Assembly (NCBI RefSeq): GCF_003334305.1
Contig: NZ_QOWS01000010.1
Strand: one strand, 5' to 3'
Length of the DNA stretch: 64,000 bases
Source: Escherichia coli
GTDB lineage: Bacteria > Pseudomonadota > Gammaproteobacteria > Enterobacterales > Enterobacteriaceae
The notes beneath the pieces are model-generated. The model saw nothing but the letters and a program-made list of their open reading frames with translations. It was not told the DNA's origin and did no database searches. A program made the position numbers and the translations under genes. Below are positions 1 through 14,292 of this stretch, one piece after another. The stretch's first letter is position 1, and each line of letters opens with the position of its first letter.

Positions 1-110
1 TTTTTGTGAGCAATGATTTTTATAATAGGCTCCTCTGTATACGAAATATTTAGAAACGCAATTTGCGCCTTTTTCACTCCCGCAAGGGATTTTCAAACAG
101 TGGCATACAT

Positions 111-995
111 ATGAAAAAAACATTACTGGCAGCCGGTGCGGTACTGGCGCTCTCTTCGTCTTTTACTGTCAACGCAGCTGAAAACGACAAACCGCAGTAT
201 CTTTCCGACTGGTGGCACCAGAGCGTTAACGTTGTCGGAAGCTATCACACCCGTTTTGGACCGCAGATCCGCAACGATACCTACCTTGAGTACGAAGCAT
301 TCGCTAAAAAAGACTGGTTCGACTTCTATGGTTATGCGGATGCGCCGGTATTCTTCGGCGGTAACTCCGATGCCAAAGGTATCTGGAACCACGGCTCTCC
401 GCTGTTTATGGAAATCGAACCACGTTTCTCCATCGACAAGCTGACCAATACTGACCTTAGCTTCGGTCCGTTCAAAGAGTGGTACTTCGCGAACAACTAC
501 ATTTACGACATGGGTCGTAATAAAGATGGTCGCCAGAGCACCTGGTATATGGGTCTGGGTACCGACATCGATACTGGTCTGCCGATGAGCCTGTCCATGA
601 ACGTCTATGCGAAATACCAGTGGCAGAACTATGGCGCAGCGAACGAAAACGAGTGGGACGGTTACCGTTTCAAAATTAAATACTTTGTGCCGATTACCGA
701 TCTGTGGGGCGGTCAGCTGAGCTACATCGGCTTCACCAACTTCGACTGGGGTTCCGATTTAGGGGATGACAGCGGTAACGCAATCAACGGTATTAAGACC
801 CGTACTAATAACTCTATCGCTTCCAGCCATATTCTGGCTCTGAACTACGATCACTGGCACTACTCTGTCGTAGCTCGTTACTGGCACGACGGTGGTCAGT
901 GGAACGACGATGCAGAACTGAACTTCGGCAACGGCAACTTCAACGTTCGCTCTACCGGCTGGGGTGGTTACCTGGTTGTAGGTTACAACTTCTGA
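111..995 (+). CDS. tsx: nucleoside-specific outer membrane channel Tsx
   Basis: ORF 63..995 (TTG at 63); true ATG at 111 gives signal peptide [22 protein letters not shown] and C-terminal ...VVGYNF aromatic end typical of OM barrels; protein recognised as Tsx. Confidence 0.95.
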
Positions 996-1001
996 TTATG
1001 A

Positions 1002-1027
1002 AAATGCCGGGATTTATTCCCGGCATT
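1002..1027 (+). terminator. hairpin terminator downstream of tsx
   Basis: inverted repeat aaatgccggg / cccggcattt directly after tsx stop (993-995). Confidence 0.6.
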
Positions 1028-1055
1028 TCAGATTGTTAACAACGTGCGCTTTGTT

Positions 1056-1160
1056 CATGCCGGATGCGGCGTAAACGCTTTGTCCGACCCACAAAAGCAC
1101 GTAAATTCAATATATTGCTGAAATAACGTAGTCCTGATAAGCGTAGCGCATCAGGCAATT
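1056..1160. repeat. REP (repetitive extragenic palindromic) elements between tsx and yajD
   Basis: gccggatgcggcgtaaacgc...gtccgac and gtagtcctgataagcgtagcgcatcaggca match the E. coli REP consensus family. Confidence 0.7.
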
Positions 1161-1171
1161 TTACGTTTTAA

Positions 1172-1519
1172 TCACTTCTTCTTGTTCATCATCGCTTTCA
1201 GGTCAGCGAATGGGTTGTACTTCGCTTCACCGACATCTTTCTGCGCATCTTCCCCTGCGATAACGGTCGTACCATACTGATCCGCTTCGGTATATTTCGA
1301 ATGCTCATGATCGTGGCAATAGAGACAAAGCAATTCCCAGTTACTGCCATCTTCCGGGTTATTGGTATGGTCGTGATCAATGTGGTGAACAGTAAGTTCA
1401 CGCAGGTTGGAATAGACAAACTCGCGGGAACAGCGACCGCAGACCCACGGATAGATTTTTAATGCTTTTTCGCGATAGCCGCTTTCTAACCGCGCATAGT
1501 TTTTTGGGATGATAGCCAT
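1172..1519 (-). CDS. yajD: HNH-nuclease family protein YajD
   Basis: 115-aa ORF with Cys/His-rich HNH-like motifs (CGRC...HHIDHDH...CHDHEH); recognised YajD. Confidence 0.88.
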   Translation of the reverse strand: MAIIPKNYARLESGYREKALKIYPWVCGRCSREFVYSNLRELTVHHIDHDHTNNPEDGSNWELLCLYCHDHEHSKYTEADQYGTTVIAGEDAQKDVGEAKYNPFADLKAMMNKKK

Positions 1520-1647
1520 GAAAAGTTACCTGGATGAAATGTAGGGTTACGCGCAGTTTCCCAAGATGCGGGGATTTTCGCAATCTCCATACATCAAAAA
1601 AAATCCCGATCTTCTGACCGGGATTTTCAACATCAACGGGAACTTGA

Positions 1648-2619
1648 TTAAGGCAGAATTGACGGCTGATCCGCCCCTTCTTTTTCCACTTTCTGCTGCA
1701 ACATGTGTTCGCGCTTCATACCCAGTTTCAGAGCCAACGCAGATGCCACATAGATGGAAGATGCAGTACCGATGGAAACACCGATAAGCATGGTCAGCGA
1801 GAAGCCTTCCAGTACCGGACCACCGAAGAGGTACAGCATCAGGATAACCATCAAGGTAGTACCGGATGTGATCAAGGTACGGTGCAGCGTCTGGGTCAAG
1901 GACACGTTAAAGATTTCGTAAGGCGTACCGCGACGGATCTTGCGGAAGTTTTCACGAATACGGTCCGATACCACGATACTGTCGTTAAGCGAGTAACCGA
2001 TAACCGACATCAACGATGCCACAATGGTCAGGTCAATCTCGATATGGAATAACGACAAAATACCCAGCGTAATGATAACGTCGTGCGCCAGCGCAATAAC
2101 AACCCCTGCCGCCAGTCGCCACTCAAAGCGAAAACCTACGTACACAAGGATAGACAGCAGCGCCGCCATCAACGCCATCGCACCGGTTTGCGCAAGGTCT
2201 GCCCCCACGCTCGGACCGACGAACTCAATACGCTTCACTGCTGCATTCTGATTGGTGGATTCGTTAATCACCTTCAGAACCTGGCTGCCCAGCACCTGAC
2301 CGCCGGTTTCGCCTTCAGCAGGCGGCATACGGACCATGATGTCGTGGCTGCTACCAAAGTTTTGCAGCATTGGCTCTTCAAAACCGGCTTTTTGCAATGC
2401 ATCACGCATTACGTCAATTTCAGCCGGTTTTTCGAGCGTAATTTCGATAACCGTACCACCGGTAAAATCCAGCCCCCAGTTAAAGCCGCGCACGCCCATA
2501 ATAACGATAGCAGCGATTAACAGCAGACCAGAGATGCCGAAAGCCCAGTAGTCCCAGCGCATAAAGTCATAGACTTTACGGCCGTGGTTTAGTTGTTCAA
2601 CAGTATATTCCTGTGCCAC
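1648..2619 (-). CDS. secF: protein translocase subunit SecF
   Basis: ORF 1648..2664; recognised SecF, start refined to GTG (cac on + strand at 2617-2619) giving 323 aa ([13 protein letters not shown]...). Confidence 0.93.
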
Positions 2620-2629
2620 ATCGCACTCC

Positions 2630-4477
2630 TCAGATTGACAGCTTCTTGACGCGCTTGCCGCCATATAGCAGGTTTACGATGGCACGCGTACCGACAATCG
2701 CGGTAAACATCGACGTCGCCACACCGATACCGGTAGTAATCGCGAACCCTTTAATTGCCCCGGTACCCACTGCGTACAGGATGATGACTTTAATCAGCGT
2801 GGTGATGTTCGCATCGAAGATAGAACTGAATGCGCCACGATAACCTTCATCAATTGCCTGTTGAACAGTACGTCCGTTGCTCAACTCTTCTTTAATACGT
2901 TCGTTGATCAGTACGTTCGCATCGACCGCCACCGCAAGGGTTAAGACGATACCCGCGATACCTGGCATACTCAGCGTTGCGCCTGGCAACAGCGACATAA
3001 TGCCGACGATTAAGATCAAGTTGGCAATCAGAGCACTGGTCGCAATCAGACCAAACTTCTTATAGAAGATGATCATGAACAGAATAGAAACCAGCAGACC
3101 GGCAAGGCAAGCCTCCAGCCCCTGTTCAATGTTCTGCATACCCAGGGTTGGGCCAATGGTACGTTCTTCAACAATCTGAATCGGCGCGATCAACGCACCG
3201 GCACGCAGCAGCAGTGACAGCTGACGGGCTTCGTTCGGGTTGTTGATGCCGGTGATACGGAAGCTGTTACCCAGACGAGACTGGATGTTGGCGATGTTAA
3301 TCACCTCTTCCTGTTTCACCAGAACCGCACGACCATTTGCATCTTTCTTACCGCTGTCTTTGTACTCCACAAACAGGGTTGCCATCGGTTTGCCGATGTT
3401 GTCCTTAGTGAAGTTAGACATGATGTTACCACCAGCGCTATCGAGCGAGATGTTAACCTGCGGTTGGTTGTATTCGTCCTGGCTGGAAGTGGAGTCGGTG
3501 ATATGGTCACCGGTCAGAATTACGCGTTTGTACAGCACAACTGGCTGACCTTCGCGGGTCTGTTTCACTTCAGAGTCGCCCGGTACGCGACCGGATGCCG
3601 CAGCGGCCTGGTCAACGTTGGTGTTTACCAGACGGAATTCCAGCGTTGCCGTCGCACCCAGAATCTCTTTCGCACGCGCAGTGTCCTGAATACCTGGCAG
3701 TTCAACAACGATACGGTCAGCACCCTGACGCTGAACCACCGGCTCCGCCACGCCAAGTTGGTTTACACGGTTACGCAGGATATTGATGTTCTGCTGCACC
3801 GCATATTCACGCGCTTCACTCAGACGAGCATCGCTCATTACCGCACGCAGCTGGTTGCTGCCCTGGCTACTAATCACCAGGTCCGGATGGCGCTTGCTCA
3901 GATACGCAATGGCTTCATCACGAGCTTTAGCATCGCGGAAAGTAATGCTCAGGCCGTAGTTGTTTTCTTTACGAACGGTGGTATACGGGATGCCCTTTTC
4001 ACGCAGATCGCTGCGCAGGCTATCGATATTTTGTTCCTGGAGTTTGCCAAGCGCGGTGTCCATATCCACTTCCATCAGGAAGTGAACGCCGCCACGCAGG
4101 TCAAGGCCGAGCTTCATCGGCTCAGCGTGAATAGCTGCCAGCCAGCGCGGCGTTGCCGGGGCAAGGTTAAGCGCCACGACGTATTTGTCACCCATAACGC
4201 CCATTAATGCTTCACGAGCGCGCAGCTGGGTGTCAGTGGAGTCGAAGCGCGCAAGAATAGCGCCCTCTTCCAGTGCCACAGACTTAGCAGTTATTTTTTC
4301 TTCTTGTAACGTTTTCTGGACCTGGATCAGCGTTTGCTCACTGGCGGCGACTCCGCGCGCACCAGTGATCTGAACAGCCGGATCCTCACCAAACAGGTTG
4401 GGAAGCGCATACAGCAGACCGATGACAATCACCACGATCAGCATGACGTACTTCCACAAAGGATAACGGTTTAACAC
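2630..4477 (-). CDS. secD: protein translocase subunit SecD
   Basis: 615-aa ORF recognised as SecD; immediately upstream of secF. Confidence 0.95.
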   Translation of the reverse strand: MLNRYPLWKYVMLIVVIVIGLLYALPNLFGEDPAVQITGARGVAASEQTLIQVQKTLQEEKITAKSVALEEGAILARFDSTDTQLRAREALMGVMGDKYVVALNLAPATPRWLAAIHAEPMKLGLDLRGGVHFLMEVDMDTALGKLQEQNIDSLRSDLREKGIPYTTVRKENNYGLSITFRDAKARDEAIAYLSKRHPDLVISSQGSNQLRAVMSDARLSEAREYAVQQNINILRNRVNQLGVAEPVVQRQGADRIVVELPGIQDTARAKEILGATATLEFRLVNTNVDQAAAASGRVPGDSEVKQTREGQPVVLYKRVILTGDHITDSTSSQDEYNQPQVNISLDSAGGNIMSNFTKDNIGKPMATLFVEYKDSGKKDANGRAVLVKQEEVINIANIQSRLGNSFRITGINNPNEARQLSLLLRAGALIAPIQIVEERTIGPTLGMQNIEQGLEACLAGLLVSILFMIIFYKKFGLIATSALIANLILIVGIMSLLPGATLSMPGIAGIVLTLAVAVDANVLINERIKEELSNGRTVQQAIDEGYRGAFSSIFDANITTLIKVIILYAVGTGAIKGFAITTGIGVATSMFTAIVGTRAIVNLLYGGKRVKKLSI

Positions 4478-4504
4478 GGCAATTCCCTTAGGGAAAAATT
4501 TTAA

Positions 4505-4837
4505 TTACAGCGCCTTCATGGTGCCTTTCGGCAGGACGGCAGCTACGAAGTCACGTTTAATAACTACTTCAGTGGTGTCATTCAGCGCGATAGCAATGTA
4601 GCCGTTTTCCGCTACTTTGGTTACGCGACCAACCAGGCCACCGTTCGTCAGAACTTCATCACCTTTGGCAATGGAGTCCATCAGCTTTTTGTGTTCTTTG
4701 GTGCGCTTCTGCTGTGGACGCAGGATCATGAAATAGAAAATCAGACCGAATACCACCAGCATCAAAATCAAAGACATCGGGCTACCTTGCGCCGGTGCAC
4801 CCGTTGCCGCTACCGCATCAGAAATAAAAAAGCTCAT
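4505..4837 (-). CDS. yajC: Sec translocon accessory subunit YajC
   Basis: ORF 4505..4867; start refined to ATG (cat at 4835-4837) giving 110 aa MSFFISDAVAATG...; single TM helix. Confidence 0.92.
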   Translation of the reverse strand: MSFFISDAVAATGAPAQGSPMSLILMLVVFGLIFYFMILRPQQKRTKEHKKLMDSIAKGDEVLTNGGLVGRVTKVAENGYIAIALNDTTEVVIKRDFVAAVLPKGTMKAL

Positions 4838-4859
4838 TAAATTTCCCTCATTATTAATA

Positions 4860-6002
<1,143 letters not shown>

Positions 6003-6042
6003 TCAGAAAAACAGTCCAACGTTTTAAACCAGCGCCGCGGAA

Positions 6043-7113
6043 TTACTCCCCGACGCGCTCATTAATTGCCTGCGGATTGTACGTGATAAACATCGCATCA
6101 CCGTAACTAAAAAAGCGATATTTCTCTTCTACCGCTGCTTTATAGGCATTCATGGTGTGTTGATAACCGGCAAAGGCCGAAACCAGCATAATCAGCGTCG
6201 ATTCCGGCAGGTGGAAGTTTGTCACCAGCGCATCGACCACTTTGTACTGGAAGCCCGGATAGATAAAGATTTGGGTATCGTCAAAGAACGGTTCGATAAG
6301 ATCGTTTTTCGCCGCCTGAGCCGCGCTTTCCAGCGAACGTACTGAGGTGGTGCCAACCGCAATCACCCGGTTACCGCGCGCTTTCGCCGCCAGTACCGCG
6401 TCTACCACATCCTGCGGCACTTCAGCGTATTCCGAGTGCATGATGTGATCTTCAATGGTGTCGACGCGCACCGGCTGGAAGGTGCCCGCACCAACGTGCA
6501 ACGTCACAAACGCCATCTCCACGCCTTTGGCGCGTAATTTTTCCAGCAAAGGTTCGTCAAAATGCAGACCTGCGGTCGGGGCTGCAACCGCGCCCGGTTT
6601 TTCGCTATAAACGGTTTGATAAAGTTCGCGGTCAGCGTCTTCGTCCGGACGGTCGATATACGGCGGCAGCGGCATATGGCCGATGCTGTTGAGAATATCC
6701 AGCACCGAGCGTTCATCATTAAATTCGACTTCAAACAGTGCGCCGTGGCGCGCGGTCATTGTTGCGTTAATACTTTCGTCATCGCCCAGCAGCAGTTCTG
6801 CGCCAGGTTTTGGCGCTTTCGAGGCGCGAATATGCGCAAGAATGCGTTTGTCGTCGAGCATCCGTTCAACCAGCACTTCAATCTTGCCGCCGCTGGCTTT
6901 ACGCCCAAACAGGCGCGCCGGGATCACGCGGGTATTATTAAAAACCAGAAGATCGCCGGGGTTGAGCTTATCAAGTAAATCGGTGAAAGTACCGTGCGTC
7001 AGCGCGCCCGTCGGCCCGTCCAGCGACAGTAAACGACAGCTACTGCGTTCAGGCATGGGATAGTGGGCAATCAGGGATTCGGGCAATTCAAAGGAGAAAT
7101 CGGTAACGCGCAT
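6043..7113 (-). CDS. queA: S-adenosylmethionine:tRNA ribosyltransferase-isomerase
   Basis: 356-aa ORF recognised as QueA ([19 protein letters not shown]...). Confidence 0.95.
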
Positions 7114-7205
7114 GACACTGACTCAGACTAAAATAAGAGGCGGGTAGTCTAGTGCCGGGGCGCTCTCCCTGCAACCTTTACCCCCTTTTGGATAGAATAT
7201 AATCG

Positions 7206-7787
7206 ATGAATTTTTTAGCTCACCTGCATTTAGCCCATCTCGCGGAAAGCTCGCTTTCCGGCAATTTACTGGCTGATTTCGTACGCGGAAATCCTGAAGA
7301 AAGTTTTCCGCCCGACGTCGTGGCTGGCATTCATATGCATCGACGTATCGACGTATTAACCGACAATCTGCCGGAAGTCCGCGAAGCACGGGAATGGTTT
7401 CGTAGTGAAACTCGCCGCGTTGCGCCTATTACGCTGGATGTCATGTGGGATCACTTTCTTTCCCGCCACTGGTCGCAGCTGTCGCCGGACTTTCCGCTAC
7501 AGGAATTTGTCTGTTATGCCCGCGAGCAAGTGATGACGATTTTGCCGGACTCACCGCCACGTTTTATCAATCTGAACAATTACTTGTGGTCAGAGCAGTG
7601 GCTGGTGCGCTATCGCGATATGGATTTCATCCAGAACGTGTTAAACGGCATGGCAAGCCGCCGCCCACGTCTGGATGCCCTGCGTGACTCCTGGTACGAT
7701 TTAGACGCTCATTATGACGCCCTCGAAACCCGCTTCTGGCAGTTTTATCCGCGGATGATGGCGCAGGCGTCACACAAGGCGTTATAA
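7206..7787 (+). CDS. acpH: acyl carrier protein phosphodiesterase
   Basis: 193-aa [24 protein letters not shown]..., recognised AcpH (YajB); divergent from queA. Confidence 0.9.
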
Positions 7788-7791
7788 AACG

Positions 7792-9606
7792 TTAGTTCAT
7801 CCATACCGTAGCCGAAATGGCAGGCAAAGCCAGAATCCCGTTTGTCAGTTGCCCATGGCCTTCTTTGCGTTGCCATTGCGCGACATTAAGAAACGGTGAC
7901 GCGGGGAGCACCACTTCACAGGCCTCGCCACGGTTGATTGCCACCAGTACACGTTGCTGATTCAGCACGCGGACAAATACCACTACGTTATCTTCCGCAT
8001 ACAGCACCTGACAGCCGCCACGACGCAGCGCCTGACTTTTCTTACGCAGCGCAATCATTCGCTGGTACAGCGCGAATAACGCCGTATCCTGCTTTTCCAC
8101 CTGCCAGGGGAACGGTTTACGGCAAAACGGATCGTTTTTGCCATCCAGTCCTACTTCATCACCGTAATAAATGCACGGTACACCAGGCCAGGTGAACAGC
8201 CAGACCACCGCCAGCGGCAGGCGCGCAATATCCCGACCGAGCAGCGTTTTAAATCGCGCAGTATCGTGGCTGTCGAGCTGATTAAACATACGTAATTGTT
8301 GTTGATGAGAAAGCCCTGCGCGGTAATTATCCATCCAGGCCATACAGGTTTGGGCATCAATTTGCTGCGGATCGTAAGAGATATCGGTATTGGCAAGAAA
8401 TCCCCACAACGGGAATGTGAAGCCACGATAGTTCATGGCGGCATCTTCCACATCGGCCTGTAACCATTGCCGTGCATCGCCAAAATGTTCGCCGACAATA
8501 TACGCTTCCGGCTGGGTTTCTTTCGCCGCTTCGGTGATCCCAGCAACGTGCTGCATATTATTGCGCGCCCCACCCGCCTCCCCCAGCATATGCACCACAT
8601 CCAGCCGCCAGCCGTCCATACTCCACGGCGCTTTCAGCCAATGGCGGACAATACTGTCTTCCCCGCGATAAATTTCATTCACCAGACTTTCCGACTGATA
8701 ATCCAGCTTCGGCAAGCTGGCATAGCCAAGCCAGTCGAGCGCCGTGCCATCATCACTAAACGAGTACCAGTCGCGCCAGGGCGATTCAGGGTTGTGACAA
8801 GCTCCCCCCGTGCCACGATTGTGCCTGTCAAACCAGGCATGGGAATCGCCACTGTGGTTAAACACGCCATCCAGCACCAGCCGCATTCCCAGCTGCTGCG
8901 TATTGTGGCGTAAGCGCAGCAACGCCCCATCACCGCCAAACTGCGGATCGACATGGCGATAATCCTCGGTATCGTATTTATGTACGCTGGGAGCTTTAAA
9001 CACCGGATTGAGATACAGCGCCGTCACGCCAAGCTTTTTCAGATACGGCAGTTTTTCGCTTATTCCGTCCAGATCGCCGCCATAGAACGTTGATCCGCCC
9101 GCCTGCGCCGTGACCGGTTCATCCCAGTCACGCAAGATGATCTCTTGTCCGGCTGCATGATGGTAATAGACATGATCCTGTTCAGCTTCACGAGGAAGAC
9201 TACGCGCAAAACGATCAGGGAAGATCTGATAAAAAATCTGATCCGCAGCCCATTGTGGGCCGATATCCGGTACATCGACGGCAAACTGCTCCAGTCGTGC
9301 CGGCGGCATTCGGCTGAAGCCCTGCGGTGTAAACCAACGCTGGCGATCGTGCCACAGCAGTTTGAAACTGTAACGCCGCCGGGGTTGTCCGCTGGAGAGA
9401 TCAATCGCCGCACGCCATGCGGTGACGCCAGGCTGCTGCTGACTGCGCTGCTTATGCATCGATACTGACATTTCTTCGTTATCGTGTTCTGTACGCAGCA
9501 TAATGCGCTGCGGTGGGTCTTCGCCCGTCAGCCACAGTGTAATGAGCAGTTGATCTTTGCTTTGTTTAACAAATGGGGGCACCGGCAGGTGCCATGCATT
9601 TAACAT
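7792..9606 (-). CDS. malZ: maltodextrin glucosidase
   Basis: ORF 7792..9609 recognised as MalZ (GH13 alpha-amylase family); start taken at second Met (604 aa), first Met also possible. Confidence 0.92.
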   Translation of the reverse strand: MLNAWHLPVPPFVKQSKDQLLITLWLTGEDPPQRIMLRTEHDNEEMSVSMHKQRSQQQPGVTAWRAAIDLSSGQPRRRYSFKLLWHDRQRWFTPQGFSRMPPARLEQFAVDVPDIGPQWAADQIFYQIFPDRFARSLPREAEQDHVYYHHAAGQEIILRDWDEPVTAQAGGSTFYGGDLDGISEKLPYLKKLGVTALYLNPVFKAPSVHKYDTEDYRHVDPQFGGDGALLRLRHNTQQLGMRLVLDGVFNHSGDSHAWFDRHNRGTGGACHNPESPWRDWYSFSDDGTALDWLGYASLPKLDYQSESLVNEIYRGEDSIVRHWLKAPWSMDGWRLDVVHMLGEAGGARNNMQHVAGITEAAKETQPEAYIVGEHFGDARQWLQADVEDAAMNYRGFTFPLWGFLANTDISYDPQQIDAQTCMAWMDNYRAGLSHQQQLRMFNQLDSHDTARFKTLLGRDIARLPLAVVWLFTWPGVPCIYYGDEVGLDGKNDPFCRKPFPWQVEKQDTALFALYQRMIALRKKSQALRRGGCQVLYAEDNVVVFVRVLNQQRVLVAINRGEACEVVLPASPFLNVAQWQRKEGHGQLTNGILALPAISATVWMN

Positions 9607-9673
9607 CATAATTCCCCTGTGATGAAAATCTGATCACCTTGCCATAGCCTAATGCAGGATCACTCATCATCTG

Positions 9674-9684
9674 AAGGATATTTG
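9674..9684. promoter_or_regulatory. MalT-box-like motif in malZ upstream region
   Basis: GGGGAGGAGG in the 155-bp region upstream of malZ; resembles MalT box consensus GGGGA(T/G)GAGG. Confidence 0.45.
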
Positions 9685-9764
9685 GGGGAGGAGGACGGGG
9701 GCGGATAACTTTCGGAATAGCCGGATCAGGATTTCCTCCTGAACCGGCTTACAGAACGCAAGGA

Positions 9765-11138
9765 TTACTGGTTTTCAGCCAGCTGACGATCGTGGCGGCG
9801 TTTAAACATCCAGCCAATCAACAGCACAACAATCCACGCGAAACCGACATACAGCGAGATACGCGTATCCGGGTGATAACCAATCAACCCGATAATAAAG
9901 AGCAGGAAAATCAAACCGCCGATGGTCGTTGCTACCCCACCCGGCACTTTAAATTTCAGCGCCTTAACTTCTTCTGGCGGCAAACGGCGACGGAAGGCAA
10001 TTTGCGACAGCAGGATCATAATCCACACCCACACCGTGGCGAAGGTTGCCAGCGAAGCGATCACCAGGAAGACGTTTTCCGGCATGATGTAGTTCAGATA
10101 CACCGCAAACAGCAGCGCGGTAGTCATCACCAGCACCGTAACCCACGGAATACCGCGACGCGACGTTTTGCTGAAAATTTTCGGTGCGCTGCCCTGCTCT
10201 GCCATACCGTGGAGCATACGGCCTACGCCAAATACGTCACTGTTAATTGCCGACAGCGAAGCGGTCAGCACAACAAAGTTAAGAATGCTGGCGGCAAAGG
10301 TAATGCCCATATGCTGGAACGTCAGCACGAACGGGCTACCGGCAGTGCCAACCTGATTCCACGGGTAAATAGACATAATGACGAACAGCGTACCGACGTA
10401 GAACACCAGAATACGCATCGGCACGGAGTTAATCGCACGCGGAATCGATTTCTCAGGATCTTTCGCTTCACCGGCGGTAATCCCGATAATTTCGATCCCA
10501 CCATAAGCAAACATCACCATTTGCAACGACATCACCATCCCAAGCCAGCCGTTACTGAAGAAGCCGCCGTTGCTCCACAGATTATGAATACCGGTCGGTT
10601 GCCCACCGTTGCCAATCCCCCAGATGATGATGCCGAAACCGGCGACAATCATGATGATGATGGTGGCGACTTTAAAGAACGAGAACCAGAATTCCAGCTC
10701 ACCGAATACCTTCACGCTCATCAGGTTTACGGCGCAAATGATCAGCACCACACTCAGTACCCAAATCCAGTGCGGCACCGTCGGGAACCAGACACCCATA
10801 TAGATACCAAAAGCGGTCACATCGGCGATGGCGACAATAAGGATTTCAAAGCAGTAGGTCCAGCCGGTAATGTAACCTGCCAGCGGGCCGAGGTTTTCCT
10901 GCGCATAACGCGAGAAAGAGCTGGCGGCCGGGTTATGTACCGACATTTCCCCCAGCGCACGCATAATGATATACGCCGCGATACCACCGATAATATAGGC
11001 CAACAACACGCTCGGACCGGCCATTTTGATGGCGTCTGCCGAACCGTAAAACAGCCCGGTGCCAATTGCTGAACCCAGTGCCATAAAGCGTATGTGGCGG
11101 GTACTTAGCCCACGCTTTAGCTTGTTCTTACTTTCCAT
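9765..11138 (-). CDS. proY: proline-specific APC-family permease
   Basis: ORF 9765..11141, 12-TM amino-acid permease recognised as ProY ([30 protein letters not shown]...). Confidence 0.92.
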   Translation of the reverse strand: MESKNKLKRGLSTRHIRFMALGSAIGTGLFYGSADAIKMAGPSVLLAYIIGGIAAYIIMRALGEMSVHNPAASSFSRYAQENLGPLAGYITGWTYCFEILIVAIADVTAFGIYMGVWFPTVPHWIWVLSVVLIICAVNLMSVKVFGELEFWFSFFKVATIIIMIVAGFGIIIWGIGNGGQPTGIHNLWSNGGFFSNGWLGMVMSLQMVMFAYGGIEIIGITAGEAKDPEKSIPRAINSVPMRILVFYVGTLFVIMSIYPWNQVGTAGSPFVLTFQHMGITFAASILNFVVLTASLSAINSDVFGVGRMLHGMAEQGSAPKIFSKTSRRGIPWVTVLVMTTALLFAVYLNYIMPENVFLVIASLATFATVWVWIMILLSQIAFRRRLPPEEVKALKFKVPGGVATTIGGLIFLLFIIGLIGYHPDTRISLYVGFAWIVVLLIGWMFKRRHDRQLAENQ

Positions 11139-11162
11139 CAATTCCTAACCCATCAACACAAT

Positions 11163-11195
11163 AAAAAACCACGGGGCATCGCAGCCCCGTGGTTA
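11163..11195 (-). terminator. rho-independent terminator downstream of brnQ
   Basis: aaccacggggc-atcgca-gccccgtggtt hairpin followed on the minus strand by a U-tract. Confidence 0.7.
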
Positions 11196-11213
11196 AAACA
11201 AATGTTCAGTGAT

Positions 11214-12533
11214 TTAGTGAGCGCTGGAGGTCACCTGACGACCTGCCGCGCGATCCCAGATAATGGCCAGAACCACCATCACCACTGTTGGCATTAACCA
11301 CGCCAGACCTTGTTCGGCCAGCGGTAAACGCTGCGCCCAGGACGGTAAGATATCGCTGAATGCAGATGCTTTGATCCCGTCGAGAATACCAAAAAGCAGG
11401 CTGATAAACATCGGCGGAGCAATCACGCGGGACGAATTATGCCACCATGAGCGTGTAAAACTTAATACAACCAGTGCGATACACGGCGGATAAATAGCGG
11501 TCAGCACCGGTACGGAGATCTGGATCAGCTGGCTTAAGCCGAGGTTAGAAACCACCATCGAGAAGCCGCCGAGGATAAACACCAGCGTACGATAAGAGAG
11601 CGGTACGTACTGGGCAAAGAATTCTGCACAAGCACAGGTCAGGCCAACTGCCGTTACCAGGCAGGCGATGAAGATTAACGCCGCCAGCAGGAAGCTACCG
11701 CCGCCGCCAAAGGTGTGCTGAACGTAAGCATGCAGAATAGCAGCGCCGTTTGCAGACTGATCGACCAGCGACGCGCTGTCTGAACCCAGACGGAACAGCG
11801 CCAGGTACAGCAGAGTCAGACCAACACCCGCCATCAGGCCAGCCCAGACGGTATAACGGGTCAGCAGACGCGCTTCGGTAACGCCACGAGAACGCGCCGC
11901 GTTAACAATAACGATACCAAACACCATTGCGCCCAGCGTATCCATGGTCAGATAGCCGTTAACGAAGCCGTTAGAAAACGCAGCGTTTTGATAAGCCTCA
12001 GTCGCCGTGCTGATAGAACCCGCCGGCCAAACAATCGCGGCAACAGACAGGATGACCAGCGCGATAATTTTCAGCGGCGCAAGGAAGTTGCCCACGGTAT
12101 CCAGCAGCTTGCCCGGATAGAGCGAAACCAGAATAACGATAGCGAAATAGACCAGGCTGTAGATAAACAGCGGCAGCGCGGAATCACCAGTCAGCGGCGC
12201 AATCCCCACTTCAAAGGAAACGGTAGCTGTACGCGGCGTAGCGAAAAGCGGCCCCACCGCCAGGTAACAAACCGTTGCCAGCAGCACGCCAGCGACTTTA
12301 CCGATTGGCGTGCTGAGGCTGTCAACACCGCCGCCAACTTTTGCCAGCGCCACTACCGTTAATACCGGCAGGCCAACGGCAGTAATGAGGAAGCCGAATG
12401 CCGCAGTCCAGACGTGTTCGCCTGCCTGCAAGCCGACCATTGGAGGGAAAATAATGTTACCTGCGCCGACGAACAACGCAAATGTCATAAAGCCCAGAGC
12501 GATGATATCGCGCGATCTTAATTGATGGGTCAT
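11214..12533 (-). CDS. brnQ: branched-chain amino acid transporter BrnQ
   Basis: 439-aa polytopic membrane ORF recognised as BrnQ. Confidence 0.92.
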   Translation of the reverse strand: MTHQLRSRDIIALGFMTFALFVGAGNIIFPPMVGLQAGEHVWTAAFGFLITAVGLPVLTVVALAKVGGGVDSLSTPIGKVAGVLLATVCYLAVGPLFATPRTATVSFEVGIAPLTGDSALPLFIYSLVYFAIVILVSLYPGKLLDTVGNFLAPLKIIALVILSVAAIVWPAGSISTATEAYQNAAFSNGFVNGYLTMDTLGAMVFGIVIVNAARSRGVTEARLLTRYTVWAGLMAGVGLTLLYLALFRLGSDSASLVDQSANGAAILHAYVQHTFGGGGSFLLAALIFIACLVTAVGLTCACAEFFAQYVPLSYRTLVFILGGFSMVVSNLGLSQLIQISVPVLTAIYPPCIALVVLSFTRSWWHNSSRVIAPPMFISLLFGILDGIKASAFSDILPSWAQRLPLAEQGLAWLMPTVVMVVLAIIWDRAAGRQVTSSAH

Positions 12534-12879
12534 AAATCATACTGCCTGTGGATGTGGTGTTGTAACGTTAAATTTTTGTGCCAATCCCTGGGGATGATAC
12601 AGCGGTATATTTAAACAATTTTAGCGGGAAATACTCCCAACCAGGCGCGGCGAAGAATAGTTTTTCGATTTACCGCGTTAATGCAGTCAGTATGACAGCA
12701 CCTGAAGCGCAATTTAAACGCTTATAACGTTTTAAAGCAAGGAGGGATCTAAAAACCAGAGGTATATAGCGATAAGAAATCACCAACCAGTATAAAACAC
12801 TATTTCCGTGAAAAAGACATGGCTAATCATGCGAACAAAAAATCACCAACCGTTGTAAAATCTAACGCCCGTATTTTGA

Positions 12880-12912
12880 CTGCAAAGAAAATAAGCCAGC
12901 ATCGGCTGGCTT
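12880..12912 (-). terminator. hairpin terminator downstream of phoR
   Basis: aagccagc-atcg-gctggctt hairpin 28 nt after phoR stop, followed by T-rich run on minus strand. Confidence 0.5.
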
Positions 12913-12939
12913 ATGGCAATAAAAGATGACAAAGGCGGA

Positions 12940-14235
12940 TTAATCGCTGTTTTTGGCAATTAAACGTTCCGGGATAACAAAACTGAAACGTGTTCCTTTT
13001 CCTACTGTACTCTCAATATTCAGGCGACTTTCGTGATGATTCACAGCATGTTTCACGATCGCTAACCCTAATCCGCTACCGCCGGTTTGCCGGGAACGCG
13101 CTTTATCAACGCGATAAAAACGCTCGGTCAGGCGCGGAATATGCTCCGCTGCAATGCCCGGTCCGTTATCTTCAACGCTAAATTCGGCACCGTGCGGCAC
13201 TCGCTGCCAGCGTACGGTGATATGCGTGCCTTCTGGAGTATGATTCACGGCGTTATAGACCAGGTTCGAAATCGCACTGCGTAGCTGATCTTCGTTGCCA
13301 GACACTTTGAGGCCGTTATCTATCTCAAAGGTAAATGTCTGTTTTTTCTGACTCAGAGTCTGAGCCTCACGCTCAACAACGCGCAGCATCATCGGCACAT
13401 CAACCTTTTCATTGAGCAAATGCGTCGGTGCGGCTTCTATTTTCGACAGCGTCAGCAACTGCTTCACCAGCCCTTCCATCCGCTGGGTCTGCTCGCGCAT
13501 GGTGTGCAACGCTTTTTCGCGTACCGCGCCTTCCAGCGGCTGCTCATCCATCATCTCCAGGTAACCCTGTAACACGGTCAATGGCGTACGTAACTCATGG
13601 CTCACGTTGGCAAAAAAGTTACGCCGCGCCCCTTCCAGTTGATGCATTTGCGTGACATCACGCGCCACCATCAGCAACTGTTTGTGGGTATAAGGCATGA
13701 CGCGAATTTCCAGATGCCGCCCGGTGTTGAGCACCAGATTGAGCGGGCGAGAAAAATCACGCGTTTTCAGATATTGCGTAAACTCCGGGTAACGCAGCAG
13801 GTTAAGGATGTTCTGCCCGTTATCTTCCGGCCAGCGCAAACCAAGAATCTGTTGCGCCAGACCGTTACACCAGAAAATACCGCCCTCTTCCGTGGTCAGC
13901 ACCACTGCGTCGGGCAGCGACTCCGCGCCGCTACGAAAGCGTTTAATCAGATTGCCCAGTTCACGGCGGCGTTTTTTATTTCGCAGCTGCATCTGGTGTA
14001 AGCCGTATAGTAGCGGTTCCCAGCTACCACGCCCCGGTGGCGGGGTCATACTACGATCCACCCACAGCCACCATGAAAGGCGCAATAAATTCCAGAAATG
14101 CCAGATAAGCAGTCCCGTTACCGATGCCAGCAAAAACCAGGGCAGGTAACCAAAAAATGCACCCAGGATGAAAGCCGGGAGGCAGCAAAGTAACAGCTCC
14201 AGCACCAGCCTTTTCCACGACAGCCGTTCCAGCAC
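12940..14235 (-). CDS. phoR: phosphate regulon sensor histidine kinase PhoR
   Basis: 431-aa ORF with N-terminal TM helices, H-box (HELRTPLT) and ATPase G-boxes; recognised PhoR. Confidence 0.95.
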   Translation of the reverse strand: MLERLSWKRLVLELLLCCLPAFILGAFFGYLPWFLLASVTGLLIWHFWNLLRLSWWLWVDRSMTPPPGRGSWEPLLYGLHQMQLRNKKRRRELGNLIKRFRSGAESLPDAVVLTTEEGGIFWCNGLAQQILGLRWPEDNGQNILNLLRYPEFTQYLKTRDFSRPLNLVLNTGRHLEIRVMPYTHKQLLMVARDVTQMHQLEGARRNFFANVSHELRTPLTVLQGYLEMMDEQPLEGAVREKALHTMREQTQRMEGLVKQLLTLSKIEAAPTHLLNEKVDVPMMLRVVEREAQTLSQKKQTFTFEIDNGLKVSGNEDQLRSAISNLVYNAVNHTPEGTHITVRWQRVPHGAEFSVEDNGPGIAAEHIPRLTERFYRVDKARSRQTGGSGLGLAIVKHAVNHHESRLNIESTVGKGTRFSFVIPERLIAKNSD

Positions 14236-14292
14236 GTAAGATACTCCAGTTAAGAAATCATAAGCCCTGCTCTGCGTCCGATGAGCAAGGCG

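Noticed and set aside
1..110. CRP/CytR sites in the tsx promoter
   Set aside because: Only the last ~110 bp of the promoter is in the window and only a partial TGTGA-like half-site (tgtgagcaatg) is visible; insufficient to call.
3464..4207. 247-aa plus-strand ORF
   Set aside because: Antisense to secD; no support.
9792..11072. 426-aa ORF on the plus strand, rich in His/Arg/Gln/Asn
   Set aside because: Lies entirely antisense to the well-supported proY permease, has no RBS or recognisable domain; typical shadow ORF of a GC3-biased membrane-protein gene.
12818..12928. 36-aa plus-strand small ORF (MANHANKKSPTVVKSNARILTAKK...) in the brnQ-phoR intergenic region
   Set aside because: Weak RBS, runs through the phoR terminator hairpin, opposite to both flanking genes; not enriched for branched-chain codons as a leader peptide would be. 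Kept only as context for the direct repeat.
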